This document shows, piece by piece, positions 11,201 through 22,500 of a DNA stretch of 64,000 nucleotides. The position numbers and the translations under genes were made by a program. Under the pieces are notes generated by a model. The model did not search any database and was not told the origin of the DNA. It saw only the letters and a program-made list of their open reading frames with translations. The number at the start of each line of letters is the position of its first letter. Within the stretch, counting starts at the first letter, position 1. The DNA is from Scenedesmus sp. PABB004 (taxonomy: Eukaryota). The stretch covers positions 1 to 64,000 of the forward strand of contig JABVCE010000048.1 in assembly GCA_014905635.1 (NCBI GenBank), given 5' to 3'.

Positions 11201-14200
11201 CGCCGGCGAGCGGCGCGCGCGGCGGGCGGCGCGCGGCCCGCGGCGCGGCGCGGCCGCCGGCGGCCGACCTCGGCGGCGCAGCCCGCGGCCGGGCAGCATG
11301 TTGGAGCCGCGCACCTCCGCTCCGCAGGGGCGGCGGGGCAGGGGAAACGGCGCACGGCAGCGCCGCGCCGCGGCGCCGGCGAGCGGCGCGCGCGCGGGCG
11401 GCGCGCGGCCCGCGGCGCGGCGCGGCCGCCGGCGGCCGACCTCGGCGGCGCAGCCCGCGGCCGGGCAGCATGTTGGAGCCGCGCACCTCCGCTCCGCAGG
11501 GGCGGCGGGGCAGGGGAAACGGCGCACGGCAGCGCCGCGCCGCGGCGCCGGCGACCGGCGCGCGCGCGGCGGCGCGCGGCCCGCGGCGCGGCGCGGCCGC
11601 CCGCGCCGACCTCGGCGGCGCAGCCCGCGGCCGGGCAGCATGTTGGAGCCGCGCACCTCCGCTCCGCAGGGGCGGCGGGCAGGGGAAACGGCGCACGGCA
11701 GCGCCGCGCCGCGGCGCCGGCGAGCGGCGCGCGCGCGGGCGGCGCGCGGCCCGCGGCGCGGCGCGGCCGCCGGGCCGACCTCGGCGGCGCAGCCCGCGGC
11801 CGGGCAGCATGTTGGAGCCGCGCACCTCCGCTCCGCAGGGGCGGCGGGGCAGGGGAAACGGCGCACACGGCAGCGCCGCGCCGCGGCGCCGGCGAGCGGG
11901 CGCGCGGCGCGGCGCGGCGCCCCGCCGGCCGGCCGACCTCGGCGGCGCAGCCCGCGGCCGGGCAGCATGTTGGAGCCGCGCACCTCGCTCTCCGCAGGGC
12001 GGCGGGGCAGGGGAAACGGCGCACGGCAGCGCGCGCCGCGGCGCCGGCGAGCGGCGCGCGCGCGGCGCGGCGCGCGGCCCGCGGCGCGGCGCGGCCGCCG
12101 GCGGCCGACCTCGGCGGCGCAGCCCGCGGCCGGGCAGCATGTTGGAGCCGCGCACCTCCGCTCCGCAGGGGCGGCGGGGCAGGGGAAACGGCGCACGGCA
12201 GCGCCGCGCCGCGGCGCCGGCGACGGCCGCGCGCGGCGGCGCGCGGCCCGCGGCGCGGCGCGGCCGCCGCGGCCGACCTCGGCGGCGCAGCCCGCGGCCG
12301 GGCAGCATGTTGGAGCCGCGCACCTCCGCTCCGCAGGGGCGGCGGGGCAGGGAAACGGCGCACGGCAGCGCCGCGCCGCGGCGCCGGCGAGCGGCGCGCG
12401 GCGGCGGCGCGCGGCCCGCGGCGCGGCGCGGCCGCCCGCGGCCGACCTCGGCGGCGCAGCCCGCGGCCGGGCAGCATGTTGGAGCCGCGCACCTCCGCTC
12501 CGCAGGGGCGGCGGGGCAGGGGAAACGGCGCACGGCAGCGCCGCGCCCGCGGCGCCGGCGAGCGGCGCGCCGCGCGGGCGGCGCCCCGCGGCGCGGCGCG
12601 GCCGCCGGCGGCCGACCTCGGCGGCGCAGCCCGCGGCCGGGCAGCATGTTGGAGCCGCGCACCTCCGCTCCGCAGGGGCGGCGGGGCAGGGGAAACGGCG
12701 CACGGCAGCGCCGCGCCGCGGGCGGGCGACCGGCGCGCGCGCGGCGGCGGCGCGGCCCGCGGCGCGGCGCGGCGCCCGCGGCCCGACCTCGGCGGCGCAG
12801 CCCGCGGCCGGGCAGCATGTTGGAGCCGCGCACCTCCGCTCCGCAGGGGCGGCGGGGCAGGGGAAACGGCGCACGGCAGCGCCGCGCCGCGGCGCCGGCG
12901 AGCGGCGCGCGCGCGGGCGGCGCGCGGCCCGCGGCGCGGCGCGGCCGCCGGCGGCCGACCTCGGCGGCGCAGCCCGCGGCCGGGCAGCATGTTGGAGCCG
13001 CGCACCTCCGCTCCGCAGGGGCGGCGGGGCAGGGGAAACGGCGCACGGCAGCGCCGCGCCGCGGCGCCGGCGAGCGGCGCGCGCGCGGGCGGCGCGCGGC
13101 CCGCGGCGCGGCGCGGCCGCCGGCGGCCGACCTCGGCGGCGCAGCCCGCGCCGGGCAGCATGTTGGAGCCGCGCACCTCCGCTCCGCAGGGGCGGCGGGG
13201 CAGGGGAAACGGCGCACGGCAGCGCCGCGCCGCGGCGCCGGCGAGCGGCGCGCGCGCGGGCGGCGCGCGGCCCGCGGCGCGGCGCGGCCGCCGGCGGCCG
13301 ACCTCGGCGGCGCAGCCCGCGGCCGGGCAGCATGTTGGAGCCGCGCACCTCCGCTCCGCAGGGGCGGCGGGGCAGGGGAAACGGCGCACGGCAGCGCCGC
13401 GCCGCGGCGCCGGCGAGCGCGCGCGCGCGGGCGGCGCGCGGCCCGCGGCGCGGCGCGGCCCGCCGGCGGCCGACCTCGGCGGCGCAGCCCGCGGCCGGGC
13501 AGCCTGTTGGAGCCGCGCACCTCCGCTCCGCAGGGGCGGCGGGGCAGGGGAACGGCGCACGGCAGCGCCGCGCCGCGGCGCCGGCGAGCGGCGCGCGCGC
13601 GGGCGGCGCGCGGCCCGCGGCGCGGCGCGGCCGCCGGCGGCCGACCTCGGCGGCGCAGCCCGCGGCCGGGCAGCATGTTGGAGCCGCGCACCTCCGCTCC
13701 GCAGGGGCGGCGGGGCAGGGGAAACGGCGCACGGCAGCGCCGCGCCGCGGCGCCGGCGAGCGGCGCGCGCGCGGCCGGCGCGCGGCCCGCGGCGCGGCGC
13801 GGCCGCCGGCGGCCGACCTCGGCGGCGCAGCCCGCGGCCGGGCAGCATGTTGGAGCCGCGCACCTCCGCTCCGCAGGGGCGGCGGGGCAGGGGAAACGGC
13901 GCACGGCAGCGCCGCGCCGCGGCGCCGGCGAGCGGCGCGGCGCGCGCGGCGGCGCGCGGCCCGCGGCGCGGCGCGGCCGCCCGCGGCCGACCTCGGCGGC
14001 GCAGCCCGCGGCCGGCAGCATGTTGGAGCCGTGCACCTCCGCTCCGCAGGGGCGGCGGGGCAGGGGAAACGGCGCACGGCAGCGCCGCGCCGCGGCGCCG
14101 GCGAGCGGCGCGCGCGCGGCGGCGCGCGGCCCGCGGCGCGGCGCGGCCGCCGGCGGCCGACCTCGGCGGCGCAGCCCGCGGCCGGGCAGCATGTTGGAGC
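5260..14200. repeat. 172-bp extremely GC-rich satellite array, ~52 monomers
   Basis: CATGTTGGAGCCGCGCACCTCC recurs at 172-bp spacing (6174/6346, 6521/6693/6865, 7022/7194); monomers are highly similar. Confidence 0.98.
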
Positions 14201-14210
14201 TCTTTCTCTT

Positions 14211-14511
14211 TCGCGCGGCGCGGGGGCTGATGCCGCTGAGGCCGGCCCCTGCCGCCGCCAGCGTGGATGGCGTTTGCGCGTGATCTCTGCGCGGAGGCTT
14301 GGGGCCGGTGCACCTCGCTGCACCGATGCCCGGTGCGGCTCGCCGCACCGGAAGGGGGGTGTGCGGCCTGATCTGCTGCTGCCCCTTTGATTGCGGGGCA
14401 TCACCTGGTCTCCTTGGGCGCCCGTTGGGCGTTGGCCTCTGGCTGTGCCGTTGGGTGATGTGTGTGCCCCCTCTCGGGGGGCGCCGGGGGCGCGGTTTTT
14501 CACGAGGGGTT
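14211..14511 (+). mobile_element. Fragment of the L1-type 3' UTR, lacking its own 3' end
   Basis: Near-identical to ~26602-26901; preceded by ~10 bp of pyrimidine filler (14201-14210). Confidence 0.9.
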
Positions 14512-14701
14512 TTTTTTTTTTTTTTGTTACAACGGGTGACCAGACAAGGACCGAGGCCCAGGGGCAGCCCATTGAAAAAAGCTCCAACGGGAAGAGCGCA
14601 GCAACCCCTCGTGAAAAACCGCGCCCCGGCGCCCCCCGAGAGGGGGCACACACATCACCCAACGGCACAGCCAGAGGCCAACGCCCAACGGGCGCCCAAG
14701 G
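14510..14701 (-). mobile_element. 3' terminus (poly(A)) of an inverted, 5'-truncated L1 copy, left part
   Basis: T16 + GTTACAACGGG... is the reverse complement of ~26803-27001; the copy continues at 27002-27075. Confidence 0.92.
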
Positions 14702-14708
14702 GGGGGGG

Positions 14709-17700
14709 CTCAAGGTGGTGGCCGTCAACGTGAACGGCCTCAACCGCAAGCCCAGCCGACAGGCGTTCTTCGCCTGGCTCCTGGCCTCCCGCTACCACGT
14801 GGTCGTCCTCACAGAGACGCACGCGCAGGGCGACGGCCAGGCCCGCAGGTGGGTCCAGGGCGGGGCCGGCCCCGGCCGGCCATGGCAGGGTTCAGCATGG
14901 TGGAGCCACGGCAGCTCAGCGTCGCGGGGCGTGGGCATCCTGATCCGCGATGGCGTCGTGCCCGCTGGGGAGGCGCCGAGTATCGAGTACTGCGACACTG
15001 TAGGTAGGCTGCTGCGCGTGGGCTGGCGCACGCAGCATGGCGACCGCCTCTCGGTGCTGGGCGTTTACGCGCCGTCCGAGCGGGCAGAGCGCCCTGCGTT
15101 CTTCGCGGGGCCGTACCAGGAGGCCCTCCTGGCAGGGCCGGCGGGCGCGCTGCTGCTGGCGGGCGGCGACTTCAACTGCGTCGTCTCGCCGGCTGACGTC
15201 CAGCCCCTGCCGGGGCAGGCGGCGGCGCGGTCTGGCCGGTGCCACGGCGGCGCGGACCTCGCCCGCGCCAACGCGGCGGCGGGCGTCGTCGACGCGCTGC
15301 TGCGCGTGGCGCCGCAGCTCCGCGCGCAGCCCACGCACTACCAGCGGCGCGACGGGGCGGTGCACGGTGGCCGCATCGACGCGTGGTTCGTGGCGCAGGA
15401 GCTCGCCGACCACTGGCTGGTCGGTGCGGCGCACCACCCGCTGTGCCACAGCGACCACAGGCCGGTCAGCGTCAGCCTGCAGCGACCGGGACAGCCGCTG
15501 GCTGGGCGGCGACGCTGGACGTTCCCCAACGACCTGCTCGCCTGCGCCAGCCGCCGGGCCGAGCTCCGCGACCGTGTAGCAGCTGCCGCGCAGCAGCTGC
15601 GGGACGCAGGGCTGGACCCGGGCGAGCTGTTTGAGCAGCTCAAACAGAGTGTGCGGCGCATCGCGGCGGAGCTGCGTGCGGAGATGCGGCAGCAGGAGCA
15701 GCAGGAGCTCCGCCAGCTGCGGCACGCGCTGCGCGCAGCGCGCTGGGCGGCAGGCAGCCAGCAGTACGGCTGCCCCGAGGCCGCCGCTAACGCCCTCGCC
15801 GCAGAGCGGACGCTCGCCGCGGCGGAGGCGGCGCAGCGGCGGCAGCAGGCGGACGCTCTGGAGGCGGTATGGGACGAGTGCGGCGAGGGGCCCAGCCGCT
15901 GGTTCCACCGCCTGGGCCGCGCGCCGGGCGGCGCGCAGCCAATTCACGCGCTCGCCCGCCCGGGCCAGCCCGCCGTGCCGCTTACCTCCAGGGCAGGCAT
16001 CCAGGAGGGCGGCCGCATCATCGCCGACTTCTTCGACGCGGACGTGCCGGGCGGCATGTTCGGCGTCCGGCCGACCGACCAGCAGCAGCAGGACTGCATG
16101 CTGGACGCGCTGGACCGGCAGCTCTCGGCAGCCGAGCAGCGGGCCTGCCGCGGGCAGGACCCCGAGGGGCTGCTCACGTTCGCCGAGGCGACGGCGGCGC
16201 TGGCCAGCCTGCCGCGCGGCGCGGCGCCGGGCAGCGACGGCCTCACCTGCGAGGCCTACGCGGCCCTGTGGGAGGTGCTGGGCGAGCCGCTCGTCCAAGC
16301 CTTCAACTATCACTACCTCAACCAGGCAGCCGGCGCGCCGCAGCTCGCGGCGACGCAGCGGCTCGGGCTCATCACGCTGATCCACAAGGGCGGCCAGCCG
16401 CGCGAGGCGGTCAGCAGCTACCGCCCCATCACGCTGCTCAACACAGACACCAAGATCGCAGCCAAGGCCATCGTGCAGCGGCTCGCGCCCGCGCTCGGCT
16501 CCATCGTCGACGGCACGCAGACGGCGTTTGTGCCGGGCCGGGACATCGCCGACAACGTGCTCATGCACCTGGAGGCGATCGACCACGCGCGCGAGACGCG
16601 CGCGCCGGGCTGCCTGCTGTTCCTCGACTTTGCCAAGGCCTACGACCGCCTCGACCGCGGCTGGCTGTTCAGGTGCCTCGCGCGCATGGGCCTGCCCGAC
16701 GCAACCACGCGCTGGGTCCGCCTGCTGCTCGCAGGCACGCGGGCGCGCGTCGCCTTCAACGGCGGCCATGTCAGCCGCGAGTTCAGCGTGGCGTCGGGCT
16801 GCGCGCAGGGCAGCCCGCTCAGCCCGCTGCTGTATGTGCTGGCGGCGCAGCCGCTGGCGGCCATGTGCCGGCGCGTGCAGCGGCAGCCCGGTTTTGCCAG
16901 CCTGCAGCTGCCCGGCGGCGCAGGGCCGGCGCCCTGCTGCCACCAACACGCAGACGACACCACCCTGCACGCAGCGTCAGTGGAGAGCGCCAAGCGGCTG
17001 CTGGACGGCGCCGTCGCGCCGTTCTGCCTGGCCAGCGGCGCGCAGCTCAACCTGGCCAAGTGCAAGGGCATGCTGCTGGGCGACCACCCGGCGCTGCAGC
17101 TGCAGCCGGATGGCAGCGGGCAGCTGGTCGAGTGCAACACGGGCGTGTGCTTCCCGGACACAGAGCAGGCGCCGATCAGGCACCTGGGCGTGCTGCTCTC
17201 TGCCACCGGCGTCGAGCGGCACGCGGCGCAGCTTTACCGCGAGCGGCTGCGCACCATCACCTGCCGCATCGCGCACTGGTCGCGGTACGCGCTCACGCGC
17301 CCGGGCCGCCGGCACGTTGCGCGCCAGGTGCTCGCGGCCTGCGTGGGCTGGCACGCGCAGTTTGTGCCGGTGCCGGCCGACCTCCTGCGCCTCATCCAGC
17401 GGCGCGTCACCGCCTACATCGTCGGCAACTGGTGCATCCGCGAGAGCGACAACCGCATTATCAGGCAGGTTCCGCGGGCGGCCATCGCGTGCCTGCCCGC
17501 GAGCATGGGCGGCGAGGCGCAGGTCGACGTCGCGGCCTTCACCACGGCAATGCTGGCCAAGACGGCCGCCAGGCTGCTGCACCCGGTGGGGGCGGCCTGG
17601 AAGCCACCCGCGGCGGCGCGCTTCGCGCGCGCGCTGCCTGGCCGGGGCACCGCCGCCCTCGTGCAGGGCACCGCGCTGGAGCTGCGGGCGCAACTGCCGT

Positions 17701-19567
17701 GGCGGTGGGGCGCGATCGCCTGCGCGTTTGCGGCTCTCGGCGTGCACCGGGTGATCCCCCACGGCAGCATGACCGTGGAGCAGATCAGGGTGGAGGCCCT
17801 GGTGGGCAACTGCAGCGTCGGCGCGGCCCTGGGCGGCGCGCGCATCGCGTCGCTCGAGGACCTGCCCGCGGAGCTGCGCAGCGACAGCCTCGGGCAGGCG
17901 GCGCCGCGCCTGCCGTGGCGGCCGGCCGCCGATGGCGTCGTCATGCCGGGTGAGTGGCAGCAGGCGCTCGCGCGCAGCGGGCCGAGCGCGCCGGGTTGGC
18001 AGGCGCTGCGGCCCAGCGCGGCGCCGCCGTCGCCGGGCGGCGGCGTGGTGCAGCAGCCCCAGCAGCCGCTGGCGGCGCTGCCGGTGGAGCAGCCGCCGCA
18101 GCCGCCGCCGCCGCCGCCCGCCGTGCGGTGGGTACGGCGGTGGGCGCTGGGCGCGGCAGCGGCGAGCTTCTTCGAGGTGGGGCCTGACAGCAGGCTCCGC
18201 ACCGCCGAGCCCCCGCCCGAGATAGTCGCGGCGGGGGGGTGGGAGGACTGCTGCGTGGTGGACGCGGCGCAGGCGCCGCGGCCAGCGGCGGGCGCGCAGC
18301 GCGCGGCGGCCGGAGCGCCCGGGGCAGCGGCGCCGGCGGAGCAGCCGGAGATGCACAGCAGGGCGCGGCGATGGTTCCTCGTGGGCTTTTGGCCTGACGT
18401 CCGCGTCGACCCCTCCGTGTGGGGGCTCGGGCACGCGGCCACGGTCATGCAGTTTACGGTGCGCGGCGCGACCCTGCGGCTGCTGCAGCTGCGCTGCGCG
18501 CGCGAGGTCACGCCGGCAGGGGGCTGGACGCCCGGCGTTGGCTGCGTGCCGGGCCTCTGGCGCGCCGGCTACGGCCAGGCATGCCCGGCCAGCGCCATCG
18601 CGCGGCGGGAGGCGGGCCAGAAGCGCAGCTGGGCGGAGCGGCAGCGAGCCGCGACGCCAGACCCGGAGCCTGGGCTGCCGGCGTGGCAGAAAGTCTCGCC
18701 CCCGCGGCGCCACGTCATGGAGCGCGTCGGGCCGGCGGCGGCCGCTGCCGCCGCGGCGCGGCGCGAGGAGCAGGAGCGGCGGCGGGAGCAGCAGTTGGAG
18801 CAGCGCAGGACCCTGGTTCGGGAGCCGGCGGCCAACGACCTCGTCGACCCGCTCACTGGTGCGACTGCGCCGCCGCGCGCCGGCGAGCGCGCGGAGCCGC
18901 CCGCCTGGGCCGCCTGCTACGCGCGCGCGCAGCAGGCGCGCATGCCGCGCGCCCTGCGACACTTTGGCTGGAGCCTGCTGCACGGCGGGGTGCGCGTCAG
19001 CGGCGACAGGGTCTTCTCTTACCAGCGCGCGGCGCCGGAGCTGGCGGAGCTGGCGTGCCCGCACCCGCTCTGCCGCGCGCAGCAGCAGCCGCCGCTGGAG
19101 ACGCTCGGCCACGTCCTCGGCGGATGCCCCGTGGCGGCGGCGGTGCTGCAGTGGTTTGCTCACCTCTGGGCGCGGCTGCAGCCGGGCTTCCCGAGCGCGC
19201 CGCCCCCGCCCAGGGTGATGCTGGCGGACGACTTTGCCAGGTCGGGCGTCGCGCCGGAGCTGCAGCAGCTCTGGACGCACCTCCGCCTGCTGCTACTGCG
19301 CGCCCTGCTCGCCGCGCGCGCGCGGCACGGCGGCGGCCGGCCCGGGCACGCGCCTGTGGCGGCGATTCGCATCTTTGTGTACTCGGTGCGCGACGCAATC
19401 GTGCTGGACTGGCGCAAGGCAGCGATGGACGTGCGCGCGCTGGCGGGCGTGCCGCGCTCCTGGCTGCCGGGCTCCGGCAAGGAGCTCACTCGGGCAGATT
19501 TCGAACGCCGGTGGTGCCACCGAGGGGTCATCGCGCGCACGGGCCAGCACGGGGGCCGCTTCACAAT
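14709..19567 (+). CDS. L1-type ORF2: APE endonuclease, reverse transcriptase, CCHC finger; C-terminus continues at 26170-26293
   Basis: LKVVAVNVNGL, LTETH, VYAP, GGDFNC, RIDAWF, SDHRPV; PGSDGL, YRPITLLNTD, QTAFVPGR, LDFAKAYD, GCAQGSPLSPLLY, HADDT; CPHPLC..ETLGHVLGGC. Open for ~4.9 kb with no initiating ATG. Confidence 0.93.
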
Positions 19568-22500
19568 AGATATATAGAGCGCTGCAATAGCCTGGGCATC
19601 TCGCTCAACGCGTCTATCAACATCGCTGCGTCCAACAACTTGGGGTGGCTCCCGGGAGGCCATTGCGTGCCGAAAAGCCAGGACCAGCGCCACACCAGAC
19701 CCTATTTCGGCCCGCACGCGCAGCGCCGGAGCGCCGGCCCGCGTGCCGCAGCGCCGGAGCGCCGGAGCCGCGCGAGCCCGCGCGGAGCCAGTCGGCCGTG
19801 GCGGGCTGCCCGCCAACGGCTAGTTCCGTTCGGCCGCACCGCGCGTCCGTTCGGCCGCGCGCGCGCCCGTGCGGGCGCGCGCGCCTGCTCAGAGCGCGTT
19901 TTCGTGAGGCTGGAGACGTGAGGGCAGCCGTGGCGGGCCCGCCGCGCAAGCGGCGGGCCTGCAGCGTGCGGCAGCAGCAGCGCAGCGACCACGGCAGCGA
20001 CAGCGGCGACGGCAAGGCGACTGACGGCGTGCCCAGCGCGATGCGGACCCCTTGACCTTCAAGGGGGCTGCACTGCGCCGGAGGCGCACGCTGTCGGTCA
20101 CGCTGGAGCAACGGCAGCAGCGGCGGCAGCGGCAGCGGGCGGGTGCCCCGAGAGCGACAGCGCTGGCGCAGGAGACGTCTGGCCCGCCAGCGGCAGCGTG
20201 CACACCCCTAAGACGCGCCACGCCGCCGGACCCAGCCGGACTCCCCTGCACAGCGCAGCCGCTAGGCGGGGCGCTCGCCTGCCAGCCGCGGCCGCCGCTG
20301 CAGCTCGCCCAGCACCTGCCAACGCCCACGCTCACCGCGCGCACGCGGCTGCCCCACCCTCCAGCTACTGACACACCATGCAGGACCACAGGGACGCAGG
20401 AACGGAGGCGGCTGCAGCCGGCGTCAGGGCCACAGCGGCCACGCCGGGCTCGCCTGCCGTGCGCCCCTGTGGTCCTGGCGTCGGCGGGCCGCTCTACGTG
20501 TGCGTGGGCGGCGCGTGGCGGACCATCACCAGCGACAAGCTCGGGGTTGGGCCGTCCGCCGCCGGGCCCGCACCGGGGCCGGACTACGCCTGGGTGGAGG
20601 GGGCCTGGCGCCGCGCGGCGGCCCTGCCGACCCCGGCGGGGCCGCCGGAGCGGCGTGCTGGGGGCGCGCGCCTGCCCGGCAGCACTGGCCGCGCGCGCGC
20701 TGCACCCACCGCCGCACCGGCCCACGCGCCGCCTGCCACCGCCGCCCGCCGCCGCACGACAGGTCATGCCCAAGGCCGCCCCGCGGCGGTCGCGCAGCGT
20801 GCGGCCCCGCCTTGTGCGCTGGGGCTCTCTGCCCTGGTGTTTGGCGTCGGCCCCGAGGATGCCATCGACGGCGGCAACCCCGCGCGCAGCAAGATCTCCG
20901 AGGCCGTCCGGCGGGCTATTGCAGCGGGGGCTGATGCCGACACGCTCACGTTGGCGGCGGCCGCGCTGGCCGCGGGGCGCATGCAGTGGATGGGCAGCAC
21001 GCGTGCGGCGCAGCGCCGCCGCGTCATGCGTGTGCGCCTGCAGCGCATCCCCAGCGCCCACCGCGCTGCGCTGCTCCAGCACCGCGCGGCGCTGGCGGCG
21101 GCGCTGCGCGCGCAGCTCGGCTGGCGCCTCGTGGTCTGCGAGGACGGCCGCGCCCTGCCTGCTCAGCCGCCCCTGCCCACAGACGCCAACCCCTACGCAG
21201 CGCTCGCCGATGCTGCCGCCGCCGAGGCGGCGCCGGACAGCGGCGCCGAGTGCCGCGCGGCTCCCCCGCGCCTGCACGGCAGCATTGTGTGCAAGCACTT
21301 TGCTGGCCACGGCGACTTCTACGGCGTGGTGCTCAAGATCCGCGGCGCCCGCGGCCCCTACGCCTACCGTGTGCACTACACCGACGGCGAGGACGAGACG
21401 ATGACGGAGGAGGAGGCGCGGGGCCACCTTGCCGGCAGCGTACCAGCAGCGCACGCGGTGCACGCGCTGCGCGCGCGCCTGCTGCCGCCGACGCCCGCAG
21501 ATGGCGTGGTCGTCAAGAGGTACTTCCGGTCGCACCGGCAGCACTTTTACGGCGTGCTCACCATCCGGCCGCCCTTCTTTGCCGTAGCCTACACCGACGG
21601 CGACGCGGAGGACATGGACGCCGACGAGGCTGCGCGGCACGCGGTCGCCGACGCGCCCGAGCTCGCGCCGCACTGGGCCGGGCTCGCCGCGCGCGGCGCG
21701 CGCGCTGACCTCTACCCCCTTGCCGCCGCCGCGGCCGCTCAGCTCGCGCTTGGCGCCGACGCGCCCGAGGCGGCGCCGGCCGCTGCGGCCGCCGCCCCGG
21801 CTGCCGGGGCGGCGGCCGCCGACGTGTCGCTCGCGCCGGAGCGCGTCCCGGCGGCCGACAACGCAGCGCGGGCGCGCCGCGCGTGTCCCGCCTACACCGA
21901 CCGCCGCATGCGCCGCCGCCACACAGGCCTCGTACGCGCCGCCAACCTGGCGTGGGCCCGCGCGGGGCTCCGCGTGGCGTGCATCAACGTCTGCGGCATG
22001 ACCAGGCTGAAGGCTGCCGAGCTCGCCGCTGCTACGACGGCGCTCTGCATCGACATCCTCGCCGTCGTCGAGACCTGGGAGGGCCACCCCTGCGTCGCCC
22101 ACGAGCTGCCTGGCTACACCTTCATCGGCAAGCCGCGCAGCCGGGGGCAGGGCGGGGGCGTGGGCTTTTACGTCGCGCGCGCGCTGGCCCCGCTCGTGCG
22201 CGCGCCCGCCGACACGCAGCTGCCCGAGGCGCTCTGGCTGGAGCTGCGCCGCGGCGGCAGCGCCGCGACCGCGCGGCCGGCGTCTGTCGGCGTCGTCTAC
22301 CTGCCGCCGGCGTCGCTGGAGAGCGCCGCGCTGCGGGCCGACACCTACGCGCAGCTGCAGACGGACATCCAGAGGTTCCAGGAGCGGGGCGCGGTGCTGG
22401 TGCTGGGCGACTTCAACAGCCGCGTGGGCAGCAGCGCGCCAGCGGAGCAGCAGGCGGACCAGCCGCCGGCGCGCATCGGGCAGTGGGGGAGAGCGGCGCG

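Noticed and set aside
5260..14200. CRISPR-like array
   Set aside because: No unique spacers; the entire 172-bp unit repeats, and the context is eukaryotic.
14391..14708. N-terminal ~105 aa of the 1728-aa ORF
   Set aside because: Chance read-through of 3' UTR fragments and poly(T) outside the TSD-defined element.
5152..14749. ORFs of up to ~3000 aa in all six frames
   Set aside because: Artefact of a stop-free GC-rich satellite; translations are periodic with shifting frames.
19568..19720. Self-cleaving ribozyme at the 5' end of the RTE-type LINE
   Set aside because: Could not build an HDV or hammerhead core by eye; a covariance or motif search would be needed.
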